The translations under genes were made by a program, and so were the position numbers. Shown here in pieces: positions 29,836-39,414 of a DNA stretch of 64,000 nucleotides (position 1 is the first letter of the stretch; every line of letters begins with the position of its first letter). The stretch comes from Mayamaea pseudoterrestris (lineage: Eukaryota), in assembly GCA_027923505.1 (NCBI GenBank), contig BROI01000007.1, forward strand, positions 744,001 to 808,000, read 5' to 3'. The notes under the pieces are model-generated. The model had not been told where the DNA came from, made no database searches, and saw only the letters and a program-made list of their open reading frames with translations.

Positions 29836-31188
29836 CTAACCGACACGCCGTTGGTGAACGTTGGCGTAGATTTCTTGCATTTCGGAGCTTGACAGCGAGT
29901 CTTCATCCTCGTCACTCCAAGAATCGGAAAAGTCTTCGTCGTCCTCACTGCCCATGGAGTCGTTTTCGTCGTCATCACCAACTTGATGCTCGGACGCAGA
30001 CTCGCGCTTGGACGAGCCTTCCGACGATGAACTCTCGCGAAACGAGCAACTTGACGATCCCGTCACAACCATTAACCCTTGATCGGGAGACATTTGACCC
30101 GACGCCACCAAACTCGCCATTTCGCAAGTGACTTCCGGCACCCGCGGCGGAACCACGCGGCGCGAGTGTGGCGCTTCCAGCGTCACGGGCGGTGCACTCT
30201 GCGGCGCCGGCGCAGCGCCGCGGTGCGGCCAGTAAACGTCCTTGACGCTATCCAGAAAGTGTATCCACTTGGCGTGATCCTTCTTTGGCACATAGACCAG
30301 CGGCAGCGATCCCCTTAAGTCGGACATGCTCACCAGTCGCACATCCAAGTCGAGCAAAACACGGACAACGTCAAAGGCAGTCTCCGACGCCCAGCACGCG
30401 TCGTGAAGCGGCGTGCGACCAAAGTCGTCGCAAACGTGCACGCCAGCGCCCGCCTGCAGCATGACCTTGAGCATGTCAATGCGACCCCGCCGACACACCA
30501 TGTGCAGCAAGCTTTCGGCAAACTGGTTGCAGGGATTGGGTGCCACGAGACCGGACAGCATGACGTTGCGAAAGGTTTCCAAGTCGTTGGAGCGGACCAA
30601 GTTAATCATGTACATGTGGTAGCTGGCCTGCTGTAACGCGGTTGGCTTGTGGACGCAAGCTGACTGAAGGGTCGGGTAGGTGGCGGTTGAGTAGCCGCGT
30701 TCCGATAATATGGCATTCAAATACTCCTGCGGCGTGCTGCTAGTTATCACTCTGGTGTTTGCACTTGCTATATTATTTGTAGTCGACGGAAAAGATTCAT
30801 TCATGCTGCAGCCTTCCAGTGCGACTTGTAGTTGTCGCGTCTTGATGGAGGCCGTGGCAGCATCGGCAGCCGTCAAGGTGACGACGCGGGGAATGCTCCT
30901 CTTTGGTGTTTGCTGAATTCCAGGAAGCAGCAGTGGCGGTTGCTGCTGCTTGTACTTGTTGGTAGGTCGCTTCTTGTGATGCGGAACATTGCCCTTGTAG
31001 TGCGGCGTGAGTGATTTAGCGACTAGTTCGGGACAGACTGTGAGTTGCTGATCACTGTTTGCCTGCAGGTACAAGGCCTGCAAGGCGGGAGGTATCCGCG
31101 GCGAAACTGGATGTGAATCCGCAAGAGCAGCAGTTGCGGGGCTCATGGAGGAAAGTGTTGGACAGGATGACGTGCGTGTGGACAACAT
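29836..31188 (-). CDS. Ankyrin repeat protein, paralog of 23939-25231
   Basis: PQEYLNAILSERGY, CNQFAESLLHMVCRRG, DDFGRTPLHDACW; acidic tail. Confidence 0.88.
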   Translation of the reverse strand: MLSTRTSSCPTLSSMSPATAALADSHPVSPRIPPALQALYLQANSDQQLTVCPELVAKSLTPHYKGNVPHHKKRPTNKYKQQQPPLLLPGIQQTPKRSIPRVVTLTAADAATASIKTRQLQVALEGCSMNESFPSTTNNIASANTRVITSSTPQEYLNAILSERGYSTATYPTLQSACVHKPTALQQASYHMYMINLVRSNDLETFRNVMLSGLVAPNPCNQFAESLLHMVCRRGRIDMLKVMLQAGAGVHVCDDFGRTPLHDACWASETAFDVVRVLLDLDVRLVSMSDLRGSLPLVYVPKKDHAKWIHFLDSVKDVYWPHRGAAPAPQSAPPVTLEAPHSRRVVPPRVPEVTCEMASLVASGQMSPDQGLMVVTGSSSCSFRESSSSEGSSKRESASEHQVGDDDENDSMGSEDDEDFSDSWSDEDEDSLSSSEMQEIYANVHQRRVG

Positions 31189-32345
31189 TGTTGGCGTGTG
31201 TATTGCTTTCTGCGTTGTTTTGATCGATACCCAAGAAACGATCTAACAACGGCGACAGCTTTGCTATGATGCTTTGCCTTCCGAGTACGTTGAGAACAAG
31301 GTCAGTGAAGAGAAGCAAGAGTTTGCTTTGCTCGATTCATGTGAATGTGATTTACTGCAGCAGTACATCAGAACTTTGGCTCGTTGTTGGACGGAAGCGC
31401 CAACGTTTCTCTGCTTGCCTTGGTGGCGATCTGGCGTGCGTAGTCGTGGGCTGCATGGAAGCGCTGCAGCGTTGCTTGGATTGGTTCCAACGGCACCACA
31501 TCAGCACCATGGCAGCTGCTCGGGGTGCTGACGTGCGCCTATTCGAGACCGTGGTGCAAGCGGGAAGATTGCTTCAAAACGCTCTACGATGGGTCAAACA
31601 TGACCTCGAATGTCGAACACGTCAGTCAAGAAGGATCATAGTGACGACCGATGTTTATGCCCTTACATTGACGTGGTCGTATTCATTGCACAATTTCTCC
31701 TGTCAAGGTCATGCCGGAGTCATTCTATTTTGTCTCTGGTATCGAAAGTAGTCTGACAAGATTGAAGCAGAAGGTCTGAGACACTTCTGAGGTTTGAACG
31801 GCATTGGATAAGCCAATCATGGGGCGTCTTGGTAGATACGACATCTGCTAAATCGTGTGACGTTCTCACTGTCGAAACTTCTTGCTGGTCACACTTCGTG
31901 GCGTGCGCGCAAAGTTTGTCATAGGGTTACTAAGTCAGAACCGGTGCGATGCGTGACATTTTCATTCACACTCGCATGGATGCGAGGCCTTTCACTCGCA
32001 AAAGCACGCCGTCATGCCTCCTTTTCCTTTCCTGTTGAGCCAATTTAGTTTGGCTAGACTTTTATACAACAACGATAACTAATTAACGACTTCACAATGT
32101 CGGCGACAAGTGCGCAGGAGGAGAATGTCATCTTTGCACAAGTCAAGCTCTCCAAGGTTCTCCATTGCACCTCATCCATTTCCATTCTCGACCATGAAAG
32201 CATCGGCCACAAGCGACGGCCGCGGCAACGACCCAACAATGCATCAACCAATCAGCAATTTACATCTTACAATGGTCAAAGCACTAATGGGACGGAGCAA
32301 TCATCGTATGGAAAGCATCCGCTCAACGACAATGTACATACTACC

Positions 32346-33728
32346 ATGAAACGTCGTCGAAAGCCATTCAAGCGGAGTCTCTTTTTCCATTCCATCAAAT
32401 TCATTCCTCCCACCAAGTCGCTTGTCATTCTAGTCTTTATTGACATGTTCGCAGTATCACTCGTCGTTCCGCTACTCTTTCAATACTACAAGGCCGCTGG
32501 CATTCAGCGCGCCGATCAGCGCGAGTGGCTGGGAAGTTTGTTTTCGACGAGTCAAATCGTGGGAGGCTTGTCCATTGGTTTTTTAGCCGACGCCAAGATT
32601 TTGACAAGACGCACCATTTTGTTTTTCAGTTTTGGAGGTTCCGCACTGTCGTATGCATTGATTGTCTACGGCGGATTGACTGCCTTGGTCTTGTCGCGCA
32701 TGACGGTGGGTCTCGTCAAGCAAACCATGACGGTGGCGCGCGCCATCTTGACCAAGAGCACCTCCAAGTACGATCGATCCATGCACATGGGACGACTCAC
32801 GGCGGCGTCCACCGTGGCGTGGATCGTTGGACCGTCCGTCGGAGCGCTCTTGTTCAAGTATGTGGATGTCAGGGCGCCGGCGTTGGTGGCGTGTGCGCTC
32901 TTTTGCGTCAATCTGCTGCTGGCGGCGGCGCTGCTTCGACCGGATCATGAGCTTGACGAAAGCATGTCGGAAAACGACAATGACGACGTTGAGAGCGATG
33001 ACAGCAGTAACAATGGCGCGTTGAATGACACGACAATGAAACAGCGAGGCATCCTCAAAATTTTCTCCAATTTACAGCAATGCTTCACGTCCAAGCACCT
33101 AGCGTCTGCTGTTTTGGCCACCTTGTTATTGACGTTGGTCACCAAGGCGACTAGCTATTCACAGCTTGGATCTTTCTACGAGGAAATGTACGGCCTTGAG
33201 CCTCATCATCGCGGTTACATTTCGTCCTACCAGCAAGCCCTTCAATTTGGCGTTAACGTTTGGCTTGTTACACCCGTCATGAAATTCACAGGTGGCGAAC
33301 GGCGTGCAACCTGCCTGTGTACCGCCATTTTGACCCTTGCTGTGTTCATGGAGAGTCAACGGTCGCTTCCGCTCTTTCTGATTGCACTTTGTCCAATTTT
33401 GTCACTCTGCTTTGCCATTTCCGATTTGAGTTTACAGACGCTCGTGACGCATGTCGCACCAACGCACTCCATATTTTCCGTGTTGGCGGCTCTTGACGTG
33501 TTGCAGAATGCTGTCAGCGTTGGTGTTCCTTTCTATCGAACGATTCTATTCCGCTGGCTGCCTTCGGAACATGCGTTGATGCAGGGGGATCCCGACCCAG
33601 TGTCGTGGATCTATGCGAGCGCGCTGCACTGGTTTGTCGCCGCCATCGTCATGTCGGCACTTTTGCTGCCGTCGCAAAAGCAATCGACCATGGACCACCA
33701 GGATCCAAGCAAGCCCAAGGGAAGGTAG
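32346..33728 (+). CDS. Major facilitator superfamily transporter
   Basis: About 12 hydrophobic segments; GFLADAKILTRR loop motif and WIVGPSVGALL motif C; the upstream ATG at 32097 is an alternative start. Confidence 0.85.
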   Translation: MKRRRKPFKRSLFFHSIKFIPPTKSLVILVFIDMFAVSLVVPLLFQYYKAAGIQRADQREWLGSLFSTSQIVGGLSIGFLADAKILTRRTILFFSFGGSALSYALIVYGGLTALVLSRMTVGLVKQTMTVARAILTKSTSKYDRSMHMGRLTAASTVAWIVGPSVGALLFKYVDVRAPALVACALFCVNLLLAAALLRPDHELDESMSENDNDDVESDDSSNNGALNDTTMKQRGILKIFSNLQQCFTSKHLASAVLATLLLTLVTKATSYSQLGSFYEEMYGLEPHHRGYISSYQQALQFGVNVWLVTPVMKFTGGERRATCLCTAILTLAVFMESQRSLPLFLIALCPILSLCFAISDLSLQTLVTHVAPTHSIFSVLAALDVLQNAVSVGVPFYRTILFRWLPSEHALMQGDPDPVSWIYASALHWFVAAIVMSALLLPSQKQSTMDHQDPSKPKGR

Positions 33729-33897
33729 TTTACTTAATCAACATGATTGAGGAGAATAGAACAGTCGCTTTACTAAACACTAAGTTATTCGGAATTTTAC
33801 AAGCACAAACTAACAATAGATATACCTGAATTTCTTTTTACAATGAGTCAAGAAACATAATAATGGTTTAAAGACAACAAATGGTGGTCCATTGAAC

Positions 33898-34080
33898 CAA
33901 GTTGGTTTCTACCGGCACTCCTGAGTCCGTATTCCGTATGCTGGTTTGTACTATTCGAGCTCCGACGAAACGAAGAATCAATTTGCAGTCATGGGGTCCG
34001 AGAAGGAGCTTGAGCGAATGTGGATCACGTTGGATTGGCAAGAGAAGAAGATGATCAAGATCGAAGGACTGTTGGATAAG
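33898..34080 (+). pseudogene. Decayed fragment of a CCB1-like (cytochrome b6 heme ci assembly) gene
   Basis: PSWFLPALLSPY / 7-bp duplication / AGLYY ... SSSDETKNQFAVMGSEKELERMWITLDWQEKKMIKIEGLLD resembles the CCB1 C-terminus; no 5' portion present. Confidence 0.6.
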
Positions 34081-34275
34081 ATGCAATCGCACAATTGGAG
34101 CTGTAAAGTATATTCATTAGGCGTGCGACCTGCTGCATCTAGGAATGTATTTGCAGCCGTCGTAGCGATACATTACGTTGCATTACTCCCTACTATATCA
34201 GTCGATTTGTTGCCGTGTCGTGTAGTGTCTACTATGAATATGAACCAATTGCATCGCTTGTTGCGCTATTGTTTT

Positions 34276-34527
34276 TTACTCGCTCGCACCTCTCCCTCCA
34301 TCAATTCCTCCGCCAGCTCCACCTTGCTGCTGATCTTGCTGCTGCTCCAACCTCCTTCGCTCCGCCCAATACTCTTCCAGCGGTTCCTTGAATATATACT
34401 GTCCACTTATCACACCAACCAAGCTGACAAAGGCAATGTTCATCAATGTGGATGGCCCAGTGCGTCGAAAGCCTGGCTTCAATCCAATCACGCGAAGGAA
34501 CATTGAAAATCTTGGATTGCTGCTCAT
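34276..34527 (-). CDS. 83-aa single-TM microprotein, PIGBOS1-like
   Basis: IAFVSLVGVISGQYIFKEPLEEYW matches the pattern of PIGBOS1 ([22 protein letters not shown]); charged tail. Confidence 0.65.
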   Translation of the reverse strand: MSSNPRFSMFLRVIGLKPGFRRTGPSTLMNIAFVSLVGVISGQYIFKEPLEEYWAERRRLEQQQDQQQGGAGGGIDGGRGASE

Positions 34528-34875
34528 ATTGTTCTGATAGAATGCGAGGTTTGATTGGTTACTCTGTCGCTTCAATTGCGATGGAATGCCACCGCTGCGC
34601 AACGAAAATGCTCTCATGGTCGTCGCGACGTTTCAAAGGCGCGGCGGGTAGATGACGTCATGTCGTATTCATTCACGCTTTCTTGTCCACAGGTCATGAG
34701 TCACGCTCCTGTCACCACGAAACATCGTCAGACGCATTGCTGCTCGCCACATCGATTCATTGGAACGTTTCCGCTTCATTTTCGTCTCGTCCATTGAGAG
34801 AGTGGAGAATCTTCATCTCTGTCTTGTCTCTTGTTGTATACTCTCTCTAAGAAAAGACTTGATACAGACATCACC

Positions 34876-37800
34876 ATGACGGACCCATCGCTGTCAGTCG
34901 CTCACATGAGCAATTTGTTGCACGCCTTGACGCAGCCCGACACGAACACGATTCGTCAGGCCGAGGCCGCCCTCAAGCCCATTTTGAAAAATCCAGCCAG
35001 CATGATGGTGCTTTGGCAAATCATCAAGGAGTCGCAAGACGTTGCCGTCCGACACGTGGCGGCCATTGTCTTGCGCAAGCGCTTGCCGTCGCACTACGCG
35101 ACGGCGGATGCAGCCATGCAGTTGGAGTGGCAGTCGCAAGTGTTGCAGCAATTGGCCATTGAGCAAGTCCGACCTGTGAGAAGCGGACTCGTTGGTGTGG
35201 CGGCGGCATTGGCGCAAGTCGCACAAGATCCGTCGCCTCCGTATTTGCAATTCTTGGCGGCAGCAGTCTCGAGTCGAGAAGAGTCGGCGCGTGAATTGTG
35301 CTTTTTGCTGCTTTCGGAAATGACGGAAACGGTTGGCATGCACTGGAAGTCGCACTTGGGGGACTTGCAGCAACTCTTTGCCACGACGCTGAATTCAAAT
35401 ACGGAGAGTATGATGGTACAAAAGGCTGCTGTCCAAGCGGCAGGTCAGTTACTTTCCTACTGGGCTGATGAGGAGGATGAGCTTTCCGCTCTGGCGCCAC
35501 TGCTTCCGACGATTCTGCAGATTGCATCGACTCATACACAGGATGAAGATTTTCTATCGACTGTTTTGGATGTCATGTACGATTTAGCGTACAGTCCTGC
35601 CAAGGCATTGGTGCCGCACATGGCCATGACGGTCGAGTTCAGCTTGCAGTGCATTCAAAATCGAGGATTGGAGCTGCGCGTTCGAGACTCCGCTGCCCTT
35701 GTCATTGCCACAACGGCCGAAGCCAAAAGTAAGGCGTTTGGACGCAACACGGAACTGCTTGGCAAGGTACTGGATACATTGTTCATGTTGATGCAGCTAT
35801 CTTCGGATAGTGCGGCCGGAGCATTGTTTGAATCTAATCCAGCCTGGAAGCAAGACTTGGATGGGGAACATCATCAGCATCACGATGATGGAGACGACGA
35901 TGACATGGACAGCCCAACGGAAACAAGCATGGCACAAGGAACACTCGACATGATTGCCTGCGAATTGCCCAAGAAACTTATTTGGCAGCAAGTTTTGCAG
36001 CGGTGCGTTGAACGAATGCAAAGTCCTGATCCCAGTGCACGCAAGGCTGGGGTTGCGGGCCTCGGTGTTATTGCTGAAGGATGTTCTGAGCCATTGACGG
36101 CTGCTCTTGCCAATGTAATGCCTTTGGTGTTTGGAGCAGCACAGGATCCCGATGCTCAAGTGAGAGAGTGCGCCTGCTTTTGTCTCGGACAGATTAGTGA
36201 GCACTGTCAACCTGATGTCTTGGGGTACTCGGAGCAGATTTTGCCCATTGTTTTTCAGTTACTGGACGACAAGAGTATTGCCGTGCAAGTGACATCTTGC
36301 TATGTGCTGGAAATGTTTTGTGAGAGATTGGATCCGACGGCAGTTCGGCCACTGCTTGATCCACTCGTGCGCAAGCTTGCCGCAATGCTTGAAGCAACGA
36401 CGAAACGAAGCGTTCAGGAAATGACGGTGGCGGCATTGGCAGCAACGGCAGTGGCGGCTGAAGAGGAGTTTGCCCCATACGTGCAAGGCGTGGCGAATCT
36501 CATGACGACGCTCATGCAAATCACCGACTCGAACTTGCACAGCTTGCGTGGACGTGCGTTGGAGTGCATGGGACACATGGCAATTGCGGTTGGTCGCGAT
36601 CATTTTCGGCCATACTTTACTCCGACGATGCAGTGTGCGTTTGGTGGGTTGCAGATGAATTCTACTGAGCTGCAGGAGTTCTCTTATGCTGTATTTGCTA
36701 ACTTGGCCAAGGTTATGATGGAAGAGTTTGCTCCAGCGCTTCCTGAGCTGGTGCCGCATCTCGTTAAAGTTCTTGAGGAAGATGAAGGCCAGCTTGTCCC
36801 TGGGGAAGGCGAAGAAGAGTTTGGTGGGCTGGATGATTCGGACGACGAAGACGAGGAGGGCCAATACGTTCTTCACGTGCGCACTGCTCTTTTGGATGTT
36901 AAAAAGGGAGCAATCACTGCACTTGGAGAAATGGCCTCACACACAGGTACAAGCTTTTGCCCATACTTGGAGCAATGCATGGGCGTTCTGCAGACGTCGG
37001 CAGCGAACTGGCATCCACTCATTAAAAGCGAAGTAGCGGATGCCTTTCCGTCCATGATTGTTCCTTCCATTGCGGCCTATCATAACGGGGAGATTCAGTA
37101 CACCAAGGGTGATTTGAATTCGCCAAATACTCTTTCGCAGCACACCACTGCGCTTGTCGGGGCCGTCTTGACCGAAGAGATTGGACTGATGAACGACGAT
37201 GACAAGAACGTGGTCGCAAAGGCCTGCGAGGGTGTACAGTCAGTAGTTGAGCTATGCGGGCCACATGCGCTTGCCCCAGTGGCGGAGCAGCTGATGCAGA
37301 TTATCTATGCGCTACTTAACAAGCAAGCTCCATGCTACGGCGAGGATGCCATGTTTGGGGAGCTTCCGGATGATGATGACGATCACGATACAGTGACTCA
37401 AGGAGCATGCGATCTCATTGGTGGCATTTGCCGCGTCATGGGTCAGCATTTCGTTCCATACCTTCCACAATTTCTTCCTGCCATTTGTGAGTACGGAAAG
37501 TCTTCGCGGCCAACGAGTGATCGATCCATGTCGATAGGTTGCCTCAGTGAAATCGCGCAAGAGCTGGAAGGTGGCATTCTTGAGTATTGGCCGTCTGTGT
37601 TTCGACCAGCCATTTTGACGAGCCTGGCAGACTCGGACGATAATGCGAAGCGAAACGCATCATTTTGCGCTGGCATGTGCGCCGAGCATCTACGAGAACA
37701 GATTGCTGGCGATTATCCTGCAATATTGGAGCGATTGGGACCAATCTTCGCGTTGGATCCCGATGCTAGTGACTCGACGGCAGCCTGCATTGACAATGCG

Positions 37801-38079
37801 GCAGCCGCTATTTCACGCATGATCATGGCTTGTCCGACTCATGTTCCATTAGATCAGGCGTTGCCTGTGTTCCTTCGAGTACTCCCTCTCAAGACGGATA
37901 TGACCGAGAACGAAACAGTTTACAAGTGCTTGCTAGGCTTGATCCAGATGAACCACGGCGCTGTTGCGGCTAACAGAGCGGAATTGAAGAGAATATTTAC
38001 AGCGGCGTGTCAGGAGGATAGCAAAGTAGACGACGAGATAAAGGGCAAGCTGCGGGCAGCACTTTTATCTCTTGGTTAA
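34876..38079 (+). CDS. IPO4: Importin-4 / Kap123-like karyopherin beta
   Basis: About 1070 aa of HEAT repeats; IBN_N-like start (IRQAEAALK, VRHVAAIVLRK); GVIAEGC, LRGRALECMG, DNAAAAISRMI and LPLKTDMTENE. Confidence 0.9.
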   Translation: MTDPSLSVAHMSNLLHALTQPDTNTIRQAEAALKPILKNPASMMVLWQIIKESQDVAVRHVAAIVLRKRLPSHYATADAAMQLEWQSQVLQQLAIEQVRPVRSGLVGVAAALAQVAQDPSPPYLQFLAAAVSSREESARELCFLLLSEMTETVGMHWKSHLGDLQQLFATTLNSNTESMMVQKAAVQAAGQLLSYWADEEDELSALAPLLPTILQIASTHTQDEDFLSTVLDVMYDLAYSPAKALVPHMAMTVEFSLQCIQNRGLELRVRDSAALVIATTAEAKSKAFGRNTELLGKVLDTLFMLMQLSSDSAAGALFESNPAWKQDLDGEHHQHHDDGDDDDMDSPTETSMAQGTLDMIACELPKKLIWQQVLQRCVERMQSPDPSARKAGVAGLGVIAEGCSEPLTAALANVMPLVFGAAQDPDAQVRECACFCLGQISEHCQPDVLGYSEQILPIVFQLLDDKSIAVQVTSCYVLEMFCERLDPTAVRPLLDPLVRKLAAMLEATTKRSVQEMTVAALAATAVAAEEEFAPYVQGVANLMTTLMQITDSNLHSLRGRALECMGHMAIAVGRDHFRPYFTPTMQCAFGGLQMNSTELQEFSYAVFANLAKVMMEEFAPALPELVPHLVKVLEEDEGQLVPGEGEEEFGGLDDSDDEDEEGQYVLHVRTALLDVKKGAITALGEMASHTGTSFCPYLEQCMGVLQTSAANWHPLIKSEVADAFPSMIVPSIAAYHNGEIQYTKGDLNSPNTLSQHTTALVGAVLTEEIGLMNDDDKNVVAKACEGVQSVVELCGPHALAPVAEQLMQIIYALLNKQAPCYGEDAMFGELPDDDDDHDTVTQGACDLIGGICRVMGQHFVPYLPQFLPAICEYGKSSRPTSDRSMSIGCLSEIAQELEGGILEYWPSVFRPAILTSLADSDDNAKRNASFCAGMCAEHLREQIAGDYPAILERLGPIFALDPDASDSTAACIDNAAAAISRMIMACPTHVPLDQALPVFLRVLPLKTDMTENETVYKCLLGLIQMNHGAVAANRAELKRIFTAACQEDSKVDDEIKGKLRAALLSLG

Positions 38080-38389
38080 ATAACGTCTTCTGGTATCAAT
38101 TACAATAACACGAAAATAGTTTTGAACATGCGCACTGTACCGGTAGCTATTAATAACAAAATGATAGTTCATTCGATAACGATTACTCTTGCGCTGAGGA
38201 AAGGACTGCGCTGGTTGACGTTTGTTTTGTTCTTTGCCGGCGGCCAAGCGACGAAACGACATGCTCCGCAATTAATGTAACTAAATGTACGACGAGTAGA
38301 ATGCATATAAATAAGTAGCTGCCGCATTATACTGTGATACGTGGCGATCACACATACATACATTATTGTCAGAGTTTCAATTACCATTT

Positions 38390-39211
38390 TCATATTTTTC
38401 TCCAATCTTCCATGTCCATTGTCCGCATAATGCTCGTCCACTTGGTCACGAGCGGATCCCATACATTGACGAGCCGCTGCAAGTCTTTCTCCGTTGCCCT
38501 TTGCTGCGCAACAGTCATGTTTTCCTCGACGAAACCACCGAGCCGCGCCAGCAGTTGATTGCGCGGCGGTGTCATGGCGGGAATGCCCACTCCAAGAAAT
38601 ATATTTTGCAGTAAATATCCATGAAACGGCTGCAGCTCCTTGCGGTACGCTTCTTTCGCTGCGTGTGTGACATCAACTTTTGCATCAGCCAACACTTGAC
38701 GATACCAGTTGGTTTGAAAGGCAATGGACCGACGAATCCACAAGAGTCCAATCGCACCCGACGGATCACGCAAGACGCGAGAGCCGGGAGGCGGATGAAT
38801 GTTCAGCGAGCGTTCGTACTGCAGCAAACGCGTCATGGAGTCGCGCTGGTCCAGTGGTGCCGTTTGATACAAGACTTGCACCTTGTGAATGTTGGCAAAT
38901 AGATCCTTGCTGGTGCGAGCTTGTCCCACACGCTCCATTTGCGTTTGAAAGGTTTGACATGCCTTGAGAAGCTGCGGAATGTTTATATCTTGACATTTCT
39001 CATCATTTCCTTCTTGAATCAGTGGAGCAAAGGCGTCTGCGACGGCTCCAACCTCTGTGGCAATGTCAGCATGTTGCTGCTTCTTATAAGATGGTCGACC
39101 GTGTCGTTTCTGGCCCAGTAGGCGAAGCTTGGTGGCATTTGATTCGCACTCATGCAGCAATGATAGTAACAGAACGATACATAGAATTGATGACGACGCA
39201 AAGGATGGCAT
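38390..39211 (-). CDS. Glycolipid transfer protein (GLTP) domain protein with signal peptide
   Basis: KDLFANIHKV, SGAIGLLWIRRSIAF and AYRKELQPFHGY are GLTP-fold motifs; hydrophobic N-terminus. Confidence 0.85.
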   Translation of the reverse strand: MPSFASSSILCIVLLLSLLHECESNATKLRLLGQKRHGRPSYKKQQHADIATEVGAVADAFAPLIQEGNDEKCQDINIPQLLKACQTFQTQMERVGQARTSKDLFANIHKVQVLYQTAPLDQRDSMTRLLQYERSLNIHPPPGSRVLRDPSGAIGLLWIRRSIAFQTNWYRQVLADAKVDVTHAAKEAYRKELQPFHGYLLQNIFLGVGIPAMTPPRNQLLARLGGFVEENMTVAQQRATEKDLQRLVNVWDPLVTKWTSIMRTMDMEDWRKI

Positions 39212-39414
39212 GGCTTGAGCAATTTCTTTGACTTTTCAACGTGATAAGTGTCATGGTCGCGTCGTTTGTCGGAGCTGCGAATTCGAGTGGAGTCTGACCG
39301 GTAATCAATGTCGGACAGGTACTCATCGTCGACTGCGAGGAAGGAACGACCATGGCGCGTTTCTGCCAAGACGACGAGAGCTGTATCTTTCTGTACACAA
39401 CAACCTACTGAAAC

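Noticed and set aside
31266..31751. 161-aa + strand ORF
   Set aside because: No motif support; cannot be distinguished from chance.
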